Of a stretch of DNA of 64,000 nt, positions 48,449 to 61,314 are shown in pieces (position 1 is the first letter of the stretch; each line of letters begins with the position of its first letter). Under the pieces are notes generated by a model. The model saw only the letters and a program-made list of their open reading frames with translations. It made no database searches and had not been told where the DNA came from. The stretch covers positions 52,452,001-52,516,000 of the forward strand of contig NC_083223.1 of NCBI RefSeq assembly GCF_032191835.1. The letters are read 5' to 3'. Source of the DNA: Heteronotia binoei. Lineage: Eukaryota. Made by a program: the position numbers and the translations under genes.

Positions 48449-49845
48449 GATGTGAAAGCTCTCTGCCTGAGACCCCGGAGTGATATCCAGGAAGACACCC
48501 CTGTACTTATTCCCAAGCTATGCACCCCTGGAATGTGATATTGCAATGTAACCCTAGAATATTAATATGACACAGCAATGCCCATGAATTGGAATGGTCT
48601 CTCTTGCACATAAGGGAGAAAAATACAATTCCTTCTTGGCCCAAGGCAGGCTGTAGTGTGATTCTGGTTCACAAGTCAGACAAACATGGTGGCCAGCTGA
48701 AAGGTTAAGAAGCATCCATCTTTCTGCTCCTGGGAATGAAGAGTTCCAGGCCCAGAGAGAGACTAATGTGGGCAGAGCAGAGCTGTAAAAATTCCTTCAC
48801 GCTTTTGGCAGCCTTTTAAATCCTGTAATCAAAGCATAAAGAAATAAGTGGACCAGGGACCCCGCAACACAAATAAATGGCTTGTATATATATGTGTTCT
48901 GGTATTCTTCAGGGCAAGACAGCAAAAACACAAAGGCTATAGGTTAAGTGCTCATCTTGTTGTGAATGTGTGGTATAACTGCAAACTGATCTCACGATTT
49001 TGACTTTTAACAAAGTTTCTGTTTTTCTTTAATTAATTGCTAAGGCCATCAAAGTCAACCAGTCTCCTGAATACCTGATGGATGCCTATCCATGTCTGAC
49101 ACTAAGGGAGAAATCTATCACTTTTTGGGAGCTTCAAAGGAATCAGTTTTGGGAAAACAGGGCCATAAAAGTCATGTGGCCAGTGTAATTAAAATTTCTA
49201 TGTTGGGGTATGGATCTATGATACGAATGATCTCTGATTGGATATTCCACATATGACACTCTGATTTTCCATTGGTGTGACACTCTGCCCCCTCATTGGG
49301 TTATTGAATCTCTTGATGTGACATAATTTACCCTAGAAAACAGGCAACCCCACCTGTAAGGTTAGAGAAGGAGGAGAAGGAAAAAAAGAGAGGAGTAACA
49401 GAAGAAAAGGAAAGCCATCCCTCCTATCCTCACCCCCCCCCTTCCTCTCAAGAGAATTCTCCCTCCAGAGGCCTTGCATTTCCTTTGACTGAGCCTACCC
49501 TGCAAGATCTAGGTATTGTATCACCTTCCCCATCCATACCTATTCAGCTAACCTCTTGTATGCTTGAAATTGTTTGATTGAGATGTAACTATTTGAAAAC
49601 CTATGCCATAATAAAATCCATTATTAACCAAAGGATTTTCAGTGGTCTATCTCCGTAGACATAGACAGAGATCCTGTTCACCTCACCTCTCGTAGGCCTA
49701 CCACTTTGAGCTAAGAAATATTAATATTCCTCAATAAAAGGTTATTTGAGGTATAACAGGAGAGCCACTACTGGTCTGAGTAGAGACAATACTGACTGAT
49801 GGACCAAGGTCTGATTCAGTGTAAGACAACTTTATGTGTTCACTT
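48449..49845 (+). mobile_element. tRNA(Ala)-family SINE body split by a solo LTR
   Basis: 48449-48480 joined to 49763 onward restores ctctgcctgagaccccggagagccactactggtctgagtag, matching 16075-16160. Confidence 0.75.
48481..49758 (+). mobile_element. Solo LTR (1278 bp), ERV1- or Gypsy-type
   Basis: TG...CA termini; perfect 4-bp TSD GGAG (48477-48480 / 49759-49762); AATAAA at 49610; interrupts a recognisable SINE exactly. Confidence 0.85.
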
Positions 49846-50007
49846 GAAAGCTGAACGTTGATGGGCCAACTATAGACACCAGAAGTAAATCCTACTTGTT
49901 CCTAATTATGTCTGCATAGGATACGGGCAGGCCATAACACTTGGTTTCATTCAGCTAGATGGTCCTAAACTGCACCGTACCAGTAGTGTCCTCAAATTAA
50001 TAATAAT

Positions 50008-50320
50008 AGTAGTAGTAGTAGTAGTAGAATAAGAAGAATAAGAAGAATTGCAGATTAATACCCTGCCCTTCTCTTGAAATCAAAGACTCAGAGCGGCTTA
50101 CAATCTCCTATATCTTTCCCCCCCCCCCACAACAGACACCCTGTGAGGTGGGTGGGACTGTGAGGGCTCTCTCAGCAGCTGCCCTTTCAAGGACAACCTC
50201 TGCCAAAGCTATGGCTCATCCAAGGCCATTCCAGCAGATGCAAGAGGAGAAGTGGGGAATCAAACCTGGTTCTCCCAGATAAGAATCCACGCACTTAACC
50301 ACTACACCAAACTGGCTCTC
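50008..50320 (-). mobile_element. Squam3-like SINE inserted in an (AAT)n tract
   Basis: Full reverse copy with a composite (AGT)n/(AAG)n tail; AATAATAAT on both sides. Confidence 0.88.

Positions 50321-50356
<36 letters not shown>
50321..50356. repeat. (AAT)12 microsatellite
   Basis: Read directly from the sequence. Confidence 0.95.
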
Positions 50357-51449
50357 TTGAAAGCCTCTTATGTTCCTTTATAAGTAACTCCACAGACTGA
50401 GATGTGGAAGGTAGTTTTTTTCTGTCATATAGCAAGGTGGGGGGGACCCTATCTTTAAAAAGCCAAAACTTCTATGTTGGGTTGTACCAACCAATACTCC
50501 CTCTAAGCTGTGGAGTTCTACTTCATAAGCTACTGGCATTAAAGTTGTGAGTGAGCTACTGAATAGATCAGTTTCCTCTGGGACCATTTTTCCTGAGCTA
50601 AGACAGTGTGACAGCCCTGATTATGCTGAAAGTAAACTGATCTTTGTCTGGTAATTGCCCAGTTGGAATCCACCTAGGAGCCTTATCTAGACCATCTTGT
50701 GTTCCATGGAGAAAACATGGAACATTAACGTAATAATATAATAACTTGCCAATCATCCAAATCTCATTCTATTCACTGGCCAGAATACTACAAGTTTGGA
50801 GTCATTTATTTCTTACTGAATAATTAGTTTGAACGCTCCTAGAATTTTTCTTAATATCTGCATGTAAACTTTCCCCCAACACAAATAGCAAGAATGACCG
50901 GGGCTTAATATCTCTTGGTAGACACGTCAGTCGTTTTCTTTCAGTTTAGGAATGTTAATTTGCCTTAAGCTGCTGCCTGGCTTTGCTGTCTGTGTTTGTG
51001 ATGCTGCATTGTCTCTGTTTCTATACTGTTATGTTTTTATGATGTTTTATTTTTAATCTGTAATAGGTTTCTAAATTTCTGCTGTAAACCGCCCTGAGCT
51101 CACTTGCAGGATATAAATTTTAAAAAATTAATTAAATTAATACCAATTAACAGTATGAAAACGAAGAGCAATGATAAACACTCGCCCCACAATCTTTCAG
51201 AAGTGAAAGTAGAAGGGAGAAATAGGCTTTTTTTGGTCTTTGGGCCCAATTGACAACTCCACGAGGAGTCAAGATGAAGTGGAAAATGAGATCAAGGGAA
51301 ATGGGATCTTCTGGGATGAAGCAGATAATGTTGCTCCCAAAGACCAGCAGCTTTGCGACCACATGCAGGTTTTTCGACTTCGAGGGTTCTAGGAGTGAGC
51401 CTTACTTCATCAGTGTCATGGAAAAAATAACTCTTATAGGAAGGCCTTG

Positions 51450-51712
51450 TCATGGATAGCATGATCTCACCAGATCTTAGGAGCTAAGCAAGGTCAGTCA
51501 TGAGTTGTAGTTATTATTTATTTATTATTTATCACAATAAAGTTATATCCTGTCCATTCTTGGATTGGAGACCACTTGGATGGGAGACCACCTAGGCAGT
51601 CCAAGGTTGCTAAATTAAGGCAGGCAATGGCAAACCACCTCTGTTCATCTCTTGTTGAAAACCCTACAGTATCACCATAAATCTGCTGTAACTCAATGGC
51701 GCTTTCCACCAC
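51450..51712 (+). mobile_element. 5S rRNA-derived SINE with an internal AT-rich interruption
   Basis: gatctcaccagatcttaggagctaagcaaggtc ... acttggatgggagaccacc, followed by ggcaatggcaaaccacctctg...gctttccaccacc. Confidence 0.7.
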
Positions 51713-51831
51713 CAGGAAGGCTAAAAACCCCTCCATAGCCACTAGCACAGGACCGCTTCTCTGCAGACAAACATATCTTCACCTGCAGCACTTTGAATCT
51801 TTCAAGAGAAGAGTTGATACATGTTAGCCAG

Positions 51832-52022
51832 GATGCAGTCATGGCTCTGTGGTAGAGCATCTGCTTTGCATGCAAAAGGTCCCTGATTCAATCTCTGATA
51901 TCTCTGATTAAAATGTGATAAATGTGAAGGCTCTTCCTGAGACCCTGGAGAGCCACCACCAACCAGAGTGCACATTATTGACCTTAACTGACCAGTGGTT
52001 TGACTCAGTATAAGGCAGCTTT
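51832..52022 (+). mobile_element. tRNA(Ala)-derived SINE
   Basis: Head GGTAGAGCATCTGCTTTGCATGC; body gagaccctggagagcc...tcagtataaggcagc. Confidence 0.7.
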
Positions 52023-52756
52023 GAAATGTTGAAAAAACAGCTTTCTAATTCATTGTAGAAACCTCACCTGGTCCATGTCAAATTAGATCCAGCAAAGTTG
52101 TAACGGAGCTGTTGCAACTGTGCTAAAAACACATTTTAGCAACAGCCTTGTAAGCATTTTAAAAGATCTAAAAAGTTCATAACCTCTTATTTTAACTTAC
52201 TTTAGCTGTTTGAATGTTATATTCATGTTACTGCAGAGTTCTTGCATTTAACTTCCTACCAGGTTAGGAACAGATGGCTGAACAACTGACAGGTGTCTGT
52301 TTGAATATGCAATTGAAGAATCCTGTGATAAGATGCTATTTCAGTTATCAGAATCTTGCTTGAATAGTAATAAATCATGTCTGACATTAGTTACTCAGAA
52401 GCCTTCATCTACATTACCTCAGTAATCTTCACAACAGCCCAGTAAGGTGGTTATTACCATATTGCACAGGGAAGAAGGTTAGTTACAAAACATTAACTCC
52501 ATGTACATTTCCTGGCTCATGATCTTCACCACAACAGTTTCCTCTGGTTGTTCAGCACTTACTTGTGAAGGTGTTTTACACCAAGCAAAACCATTGGTCC
52601 TTGTAACCTCATACATATTGATTGGTAGCAGCTCTCTAATGTTTCAGTCCTTTAGCAGGAGATGGCAGGCATCGAACCTGAACCTTCTGCCTGCAAAGCG
52701 TGTTGTCTGGCTCTGAGCCACACCCTTGCCCCTGACTTTAAGTAGAAGGTAAGCCA

Positions 52757-53042
52757 GAGCCCTGTGGCGCAGGGTGTAAAGCTGCAGTACAAGCTCAGCT
52801 CGTGACCTGTTCGATCCCGGTGGAAGCTGGGTTCAGGTAGGTGGCTCAAGGCTGACTCAGCCTTCCATCCTTCTGAGGTCAGTAAAATGAGTACCCAGTT
52901 TACTGGCGGTAAAGTGTAGATGACTGGGGAGGGCAATGGCAAACCACCCCATAAAAAGTCTGCTATGAAAACGTCGTGATGTGACGTCTCCCCAGAGTCA
53001 GAAATGACTGGTGCTTGCACAGGAGACTACCTTTTACCTTTT
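52757..53042 (+). mobile_element. Sauria SINE
   Basis: Runs from GAGCCCTGTGGCGCAGGGTGTAAAG to GAGACTACCTTTTACCTTTT. Confidence 0.87.
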
Positions 53043-53940
53043 AAAATCCAGAGCACTCCAGAAACCTCTGTAAAGAAAATGTCAGAATCATGAATAGGTG
53101 TCTAGCCTTCATAGCCAGGAAAACAATAGCTGTGCTTACTCAGGCTATATGCATTATAAAAGCAGGAGACATATAAGTAGCTGTATGCCTAGAATACATG
53201 TGCAATTTCTTTTTTCTCTGTCAGGGGCAGCAATTCTAACAGGCTTCCGGCACAGGCTAGCCAGCATAATCTGCTTCAAGACAGAGTGCAATAATTGGTT
53301 ACAATTAAGGAAGTACAAACTGAATACAAATGCTGTTGAATAGCAGGGTTTCTGGCACTTTTCAGAGAGAGGAGCAGTCAGCTGACCTAATTGCACTCAT
53401 TTACGCTGCTGTGGAAAGAGCTCTTAGAATCCGAAATCATACATAAAATCTTCATTCCCTTTCTTGTCCCCTTTAGAATCTATGTCAATGAAGAAGAACT
53501 GTTTTTAAAGAGAGGCAAGGTGAAAATGAAGGGTCTGCTGCTATCAACCATCTGGTCTTGTAGGCAGGGGCTCTTCAGCATCAGTTGCTTCCTTGGTTCC
53601 TCTGGGAATGATGCATTGATGACTTTTCAGTTTTAAATGTTGGACTAAACTGTGATTCTTTGCTACTTTGTAAAAACACAAGAGAAGCAGAAAATCCACA
53701 CCACATAGAACATAGGTTAGGTCTGGGATCCCCATCTTATAGAACAGAGGTGCATTGTGGGTGTTCAGCCTCTGCTAGGGTTGCTGGCAGGCACAGATAA
53801 AAATGTTGCATCCCTTCAATAATTAATAATGAATAATTATCATATGGCAGTGGGTGTTGTATAGCCAGGAGATCTGAAGATTGTTTGGCAGCCTGAAACT
53901 TTGTTTTTGTAGTGAGCTAGGTTTGTTTTGGGGGCTGAGA

Positions 53941-54209
53941 GAAGAAGAAGACTGCAGATTTATACCCCACCCTTCTCTCTGAATCAGAGACTCAGAATGG
54001 CTTACAATCGCCTATATTTTCTCCCCCCACAACAGACACCCTGTGAGGTGGGTGGGGCTGAGAGGACTCTCCCAGCAGCTGCCCTTTCAAGGACAACTCT
54101 GCGAGAGCTATAGCTAACCCAAGGCCATTTTAGCAGTTGCAAGCAGAGGAGTGGGGAATCAAACTCGATAAGAGTCTGCACACTTAACCACTACACCAAA
54201 CTGGCTCTC
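53941..54209 (-). mobile_element. Squam3-like SINE nested in an older SINE (host head 54210-54322)
   Basis: Full reverse copy; the host reads ggggctgaga | cagctgtgactgacccaaagtcaccc across the insertion. Confidence 0.8.
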
Positions 54210-55924
54210 CCAGCTGTGACTGACCCAAAGTCACCCAGTTGGCTTCATGTGGAGGAGTGAGGAATCGAACCTGGTATTCCACATTAGAGTCCACCACTCT
54301 TAACCACCACACCAAACTGGCTTCCTCAATAAAGGCTAATTGGTGGAAAGGAGCAGTGGAGGCCTTTCATGGCATGGAGGTGGTAAATAGCATCTCATTT
54401 AGGCTTAAGCCACTGTTAAAAAGGCAGGGCATTTTTTATAGGCCAGCTGGCATCTCTAACGCCTGCATGCACAATGCCTGGTTGAGGCTGGGACTATAGC
54501 ACGTGTGTATAGAAGGGGCTTTAGTCTTTCCCCAGACTATTTTCCTGACCTGAAACTGCTGAGGGGGTCAGTATTTGGCCCACTGTGGAAATCCATATAT
54601 ACTACAGAGAACACATGGATTTCTCCAGCTGGCCAAATAGCACTTTCCAGGACTATTAAAGGTTGTGAAACCAGGACAAGGCAGAAGGTTCACACTCCTC
54701 CAAATGCAGCAGAATCCCAATCTGAGCCAGATCTGACACACATGGGAATTGAGGACACCCCATAACTCAGAACTGACTCTTGTACAGGGTGAGGATTCCA
54801 GAACCAACCTGTTTAATCTGTAATGTATGAAAGGATATTTTTGAAAGGTGTTGGCTCACAACCCTGAGTCACAATAGAATTTTGGGGCTCAAATTGGAGC
54901 CTGAATTTGCTGTAGTGTCAAGTCGTATCTGAGCTGTACCCTTTCCAGTTGCAGATTAAATCTTCCATATCTGGATGTTCCTCCAGGTGGTAGAGTAGCA
55001 CCTTGCAACAAGTGATAAAATCACAACATTAAGGAGAATTTTTAAAGTTTGCGCTCTGCTAACACTCAGAGATTAGCCTCAACAGGCTCTCCAAGGTAAT
55101 CAAAAGGCTGCAAATCAAAGACTTTTATTTATTACCTAGTTTTCAATCTGCTTGGGGGGGATAGTAATTGATACTTTAATGGGGCATAATCAATAAGCAG
55201 CAGCCCAAAGTCAAATGGATTAATTTGCTGGTAACCTTCTGGAGTCAGAAGATCAGAATTTCCCGCCAGTGTGGGGTCTGGTTTGATGACGTTTAAGAGA
55301 GGGGAGTGAGCTGTTAGTTTGGAAATGCCACAGAGGACAGCCTCAGAGTTTCTGAGGGGAGATTCTGAGGGGAAATCTTGGCTTGGCTAGAGAAAGAAAT
55401 AGAGCTTTGAAAACAACAGAAAGGAGGAGCCAGTGCCAGAGGTGTAGCCTGCTGGACTAGGATCTGGGAGACCCGAGTTCAAATCCTCACACTACCATGA
55501 AGTTTGCTGTGTGACTTTGTGCCAGTAGAACATTTTGTTTAACCTATCTCACAAGGTGGTTGTGAGGGTAAAATGGAAAAGGAAGACGAATGTATACCAC
55601 CCTGAATTCCTTGGAGGAAGGGGAGATAAAATTTACTGGAAAGATAGAAATCTGATAACTTCTAGAGCATTCCAGCTTCCTCTTAGTTTTCTATTGCACA
55701 GAGGTGAGACACAGGCACAGAGTTTTACATTTATCCCTATATTTATTTTTCTTAAGTACTTATTAGACATTTTTACTCAATGTTCTTCTTTTCTTTAGTT
55801 AATGATGCTATTTTTATTGCTACGAATTTGACATTGCTATAGCCATTCTGTATCCCTATAAATAAAACCTAACCTGGCCTAGACACAATCAGCCACAAGG
55901 TGGATGGCCAGGCAAATCCTGTTA

Positions 55925-56107
55925 CCGTATTTTTCGCTCCATAAGACGCACCTGAACATAAGACGCACCTAGTTTTTAGAGCCGTTTGTGTGAATTTAGA
56001 GGCATTTGTGTGAATTTTTTGCAGTATTCGCTCCTTAAGACGCACACACTTTTCCCTCCACTTTTTTTGGGGGGGGGAAAGTGAGTCTTATGGTGCAAAA
56101 AATACTG
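55925..56107. mobile_element. Short Tc2-like MITE (183 bp)
   Basis: TA at 55923-55924 and 56108-56109; TIRs CCGTATTTTTCGCTCCATAAGAC / GTCTTATGGTGCAAAAAATACTG; internal TAAGACGCAC repeats. Confidence 0.85.
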
Positions 56108-56139
56108 TAATTTGGTGAAGGATCTTCAAAGAATAATTG

Positions 56140-56370
56140 GTTTTTATACTTTGCTTTTCTCTACAGTAAGGAGTCTCAAAGCGGCTTACAATTTCTTTCC
56201 CTTTCTCTCCCTACAACACCTACCTTGTGAGGTAGGTGAGGCTGAGGGAGTTCTGAGAGAACTGTGACTGGCTGAATGTCACCCAGCATGTTTCATGTGG
56301 AGGAGTGGGGAATCAAACACAGTTCTCCGGATTAGAGTCTGCTGCTCTTAACCATTATACCATGCTGGCT
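56140..56370 (-). mobile_element. Older tRNA-derived SINE
   Basis: ctcaaagcggcttacaat...ggagtggggaatcaaac...ttaaccattatacc. Boundaries approximate. Confidence 0.7.
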
Positions 56371-56899
56371 TTCAAAGAGACAAAAGATGTCTCTTTGAGA
56401 GCCATGATAGCTAAACTAGCATAGTGCTGCAAGCCTCTAAGAATGGCAAGCAGGTTAAAGATGTTTATTTCTGTTGGGAATGGTGAAATAAGGCTAGAGA
56501 TATGAATGCCCCACTAAGAGTTAGTGACTTGGAATCTGGACCAGATGGATCAGCTCAAATCCCCATAGCTGAACACCGGTGCTTGAGGGACTTGCTTTGC
56601 CACAGACTATGCAAAAATAATTTTTTAAAATCCCCACAATAGAAAATTAGTATGCCAGAAAGAAGGCTTGGCTAAAATATCTAGTTTTCTCTGTGGATGG
56701 TTTTTATGTTTTCTTTTTCTTTTGTATCATGTAAGTCTAAGCTTGCAGTCTGAGTGGGAAGAATCCAGACAATGATTTACTGCCTCAGTGTGAACTAGGC
56801 CTTTAGATGGAAGGCAGCCCTGAGCCAGCAACTATGACAAGGTGATGTTTCTTTAAGAACAGAATGTTTTCATTGCTAATGGAATGTTCACAAATGTTC

Positions 56900-57450
56900 T
56901 CATGCAATGTTAATGGAATGTAATATAGATCATTTTCATTTGGCAGCTGACAGATCCCTTCAGATATGATGCCCCAGCCATTATCAAGCTTTCACTGATC
57001 CTTCCCCTCTGGACAACCCACTTTGAAGCATCAAATGTGTCTCTATAATATGTGACTGCAACTGCATTACTGGAGTCCTCAAAATGAAGACACCATCCAT
57101 TGACCTCCATTAACAACCGTGATTTCACCCGATAGGGGAAAAGGTGCCAATGCTCCTAGGATAGTCCGGCTTCCCCTTTCTGAGCTACTTAGCACAGCTT
57201 TCTTCCTTGGAGTCCAACAGTGAAGATCTGGGGAGAATATGGGAGAGTGGTCTGAAAGTACCTGATATGGTTTGGTTGCAGAAGCTAAACAGATCTTAGG
57301 ACAGGAACCAAACCAAGCTGCTACTGAAGAAACAGTAGGATAGAAAGTGTATAATGTGTATAAAGTAGATTTAAAGGAACGCTGATATAGGTGATGAGTT
57401 ATATGAAATTCCAGGGGGAATTTTAGATAATTTGAGAAGCCTATAGCATT
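56900..57450 (-). pseudogene. Probable fossil L1/Tx1 endonuclease-linker fragment
   Basis: Minus-strand peptides YTFYPTV...LSDHSPI (APE-like SDH motif) and, in another frame, DASKWVVQRGRI...ASYLK (resembles WDA.KA..RG.....YLKK). Weak similarity. Confidence 0.35.
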
Positions 57451-59956
57451 GACAGTTATGCAGCCATTAATGGCTTTAAACACACCTAACTCAGTATCAA
57501 AAGTACAAGCTGGGCTTGTTTATAATTCTAGTGAGCAGAAATAGCTAGTAAACATTCTCCACAGGATGGACAAAATTAACTGTTATGTATCCTGTGTCAT
57601 TAATTAAGAAATGGAGTGCAATTAAGCTTTGATGGAAGTGACAGAAGAATTACGTTGATTGATTTTAAGAATCTCAGTATTCCATGATTGGTTGATTGTA
57701 TCAGGAGTACCTTCCTATGAAAGACTTTGAATGAAAACGATGGTGTGAATTTATGATTCTCTTTCTCCCATATCAACACATAATTTCTCCATACAGGGAT
57801 CCCAATAGTCTTTTGTATCTTTTGTAAATGAAACTGGGATGATTTCTACAGATGTTTAAATCAGCTCTTAAAGCAACCATTAAACTTGCGGTTAGGATAT
57901 AGGTGGATTTTTTGTTTATCTCGTACAGTAGCAGCGTTCACATGTGAGACAAGAATTAAAAGCAGGGCACAGTGGGCTTCCCAGTATTTTGTATGAAAAT
58001 GCTACGAGACTCATTTCTGTCATGACAGATCATAACTAGACATTGAAGAAGCTGCTGGCATTGCTGTCTGTTGTAGGTTTTAATGGATAGAGTTTTTTTT
58101 TTTTTTAAAAAAAGTTTGATTTTTATGCTGTTTTATGGTTTTTATCCTGTTTTACTTCAGGAGCTGCCCCAAGCAGGTCTCTGGAAAGGAGCAGTATACT
58201 TTTTCTAAAGAAATAATCAATGTTCCTGATGATGTATAGTGTATGACAAACACACAACACAACATTGTTGCACCCAGTATTTCCCTGCCCTTGCCTCTCA
58301 TAATTGCTCTTGGTAAAGGTGAGAAAATGTTGAGTGTTACCCTATAATGCCATGCATTGTTTATACAAATCACTTGCGTAAAATGTTACAGGTTTTGGAA
58401 AGAAATGTTGAACTTTCAGTTCATCCAGGCTCAGAGGCAAGTCTGATCCCTCCCTCCCTCCCACGTGGCTAAAGACTGCAGAACAAGTCTGCCTACTTAG
58501 TGTTCCATCTGTTTGGCTGGAAGGGTAATGTCATGGATATGTCAGTGGTGGGGTAGTCAACAGAATAAACAGACTGTTCCTCAACACAGGCAAAAGTCTG
58601 CCGAGGGTATAGCAACAGGTATAAATTGTGTCAACAACTTGTGATCTACTGCATGCTTATTATTTATTGAGGGGTGTCAGTATACCCACATAGCTATCTT
58701 TCATTACCGTGATAAATGCATAGACAGGACCCATTCCTGGGCAGCATGGGGACCCAGGGAAAAACACATGGAATCTTCTTATCCTGGGCATAGCTTTTGG
58801 AGGGAGGGCTTGATGTTGTGAAACAGCAAAACACTATAAAGAGAGCAAAGTCAGCAGCGGCAGAGACCCTCCTGACAGATGCCTGGAGATCTATGTCATT
58901 TCCCAGCTATGTTGGTCTGGGCTGTTGCTATGCTTTCTCTACCTCCTGCTGTCCCTTCCTAATTTGCAGAAAAGGTGGACCAGCAGGAAATAGACAGAAA
59001 CGGCAGGAGCAGACCTCGCATTAGACTTCCCCCATTAGGGTCTCATCTGTTAGGCAGATCCTGTGGCTGCCTTATTGCTTTTTCTGTTTTCTGTCGCCAA
59101 GCTTCTCCCTAGTCTCCCCTTACACCTCTTCTCAGACTCTTTGCTTGTCCTCTCTCCCCACCCCCGCTTTATGCCTTAGCTTACCTCCTATCATTACCAT
59201 TTCCCTGCCTCTGCCTCCTCCCTGTGACTCGAATATCCTCAGAGACAACTCCAGGACCCTTTGGTGCTTGAGCCAGCAAATCTAAATAAAACTCCCCTTG
59301 CAGGTTAGAAGCAAATAATTGACAATTGGATGCCCTTTCATGGTATCTGAGAATATGCTGCTTGAAGGAAACCATTTCAATCTGCCTAATGGTAAGACTG
59401 GCCCAGTGCCACTGTTAGCAATGTGCAAACGCCCTCATACTTGACCCTAAACTGCTTGCCTTTTTTTTTGTGTGTGGTGAACATCTCTTTTGAATACTCA
59501 AAAATGTCTGTGGATGTAATTTAGGTCAATATAATGCCAGTATTTTAGTAGGGCAGAGGAGGTGGAGTTACCTGGGGTCCAGTTACTGAGGTCTGAACCA
59601 AGGATTACCCAGGCCACATTCTCAGGCACTGTGATGTTACACTGTTATCCTAAGGCCACAGAAGTCCTGCATTAAGATAGATAAAAAGTCGTGGCTACGG
59701 TGCTAGGACTGCATGCCTTTATGCTCAGGACGAGGTGGAAGAAGTAAGTAGTATTGCTATATAACCAGTAAAAGAAGGAAAGCAGCTTTTACAACGAGCT
59801 TTCTGCAAGGAGCTGTATTATTGGAGGAGTTTGCTTTTAGTGGAACCAGTGATACTTTTCAGACTCGCCTGATCCTCCATGCTCTCTATACTATGAACAG
59901 ATACCATAAATATGGTCTAGATCTCCAGTGTTTGTCCTCTCAGAAAAATGGGCTTT

Positions 59957-60160
59957 GGCCCTGACCTGGATAGCCCAGGCAAGCCTGGTCTCATCAGATC
60001 TCAGAAGCTAAGATGGATCAAATCTGGCAAGCACTTGGATGGGAGACCTTCTTGAAATACCAGAAGTCAGGAGGACAGAGGCAGGCTTTATTTAGCCACC
60101 TCTCTGAATATCCTTCAGGTCCCCAGTAGGGGTCACCAGAAGTTACCATGACTACCAGGT
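59957..60160 (+). mobile_element. 5S rRNA-derived SINE
   Basis: GGCCCTGACCTGGATAGCCC head, then gtctcatcagatctcagaagctaag...cacttggatgggagacc. Confidence 0.7.
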
Positions 60161-60560
60161 GCACAGACACACCCACATTCACACCCACAACAAAATTACC
60201 AGAAAGAAAAAAGAAAAATGGGTTCTGGAATGGCTGCTCCTAGAATATCCTACTATTCAGGGAAACAATGTGAAGGAGCATGTTTGGAGCTTGGGGTGCT
60301 ACTGGATCTTCACCCCTGGTAGGAAGCACAGCTCTTCTCAGTGGTATGTTTAGCCAATCTGCCAATGATGGTTCTTCCTCAAAAAGCCAGCATGATATGG
60401 CCACAGTGATCTATGTTGTGACCACATCCAGGTTAGATTACTGTAATGTCTTTATGTGGAGTTGCCTTCGAAAATGATCAGAAACTTCATCTAATCCAAG
60501 ATGAAACAGCTGGGTTATTGTCAGTGGTAGTGTAGAGGGACACTGCCCATTTGATTCTGG

Positions 60561-60839
60561 GTAGTAGTAGTAGTAGTAGTGATTGGATTTATACCCCAGT
60601 CCTTCAGTACTTGAAGGAGTCTCAGAGCAGCTTACAATCTCCTTTTCCTTCTCCTTCCCACAAAAGACACCCTTGAGGCAGATGGGGCTGAGAGAGCTCT
60701 CTCTTGAGCAGAACAGCTCTGAGAGAGTGATGATTGACCCAGGGTCACTCCAGCAGTTGCATGTGAAGACGTGGGGAATCAAACTTGGTTCTCCCAAATA
60801 AGAGTCTGCACACTTAACCACTACACCTGACTGGCTCTC
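60561..60839 (-). mobile_element. tRNA-derived SINE nested in L2
   Basis: Reverse copy with a (GTA)n tail; 5' end ...ACTACACCTGACTGGCTCTC. Confidence 0.82.
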
Positions 60840-61314
60840 TTGAAGTGCTGTTATGCTTCAGTTTGAAGTGCTGGTTCTAACCCATCAGGCCCTAAATAAT
60901 TTGAAGGCCCTGAAGTACTTGAAGGACCACATCCTCCCGTAGTATCCAGCCCACCAATTGACATCTTCCTCACAAGTGTTGCTTTCTGTGCTCTCACCTT
61001 CGGACATGAGGTGGGTGGTGACCAGAGAGGGCTTTTTCAGTGGTAGTCATCTATGGAATGCCCTTCCCCTTGAGGCTCACCCAGCACCAGTTGTCCTTTC
61101 TTTTAGGCACCAGGCTAAAACATGTCTTACAAACTATTCTTTCAAAATGTTTTACAGTTCTTGGCCTTTGCCTGTTTTATGAGATTTATTAAAGCCATTA
61201 GACATTTTACACTGTACTTATACCCTGACTTGGTTTTTAATGCTTGGGTTTTTTTGGCTAATTTTTACCTAAGGTATCAGTTGGTTGTTTTATTATATTT
61301 TTACCTGTAAGCTG

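Noticed and set aside
51373-51413. Minus-strand CTGATGA...GAAA hammerhead-like spacing
   Set aside because: The intervening sequence cannot form stem II beyond one G-C pair, and no stems I or III are evident.
51840-51900. tRNA-Ala gene (also near 15970 and 25610)
   Set aside because: Acceptor and T stems do not pair, and the sequence continues into a SINE body.
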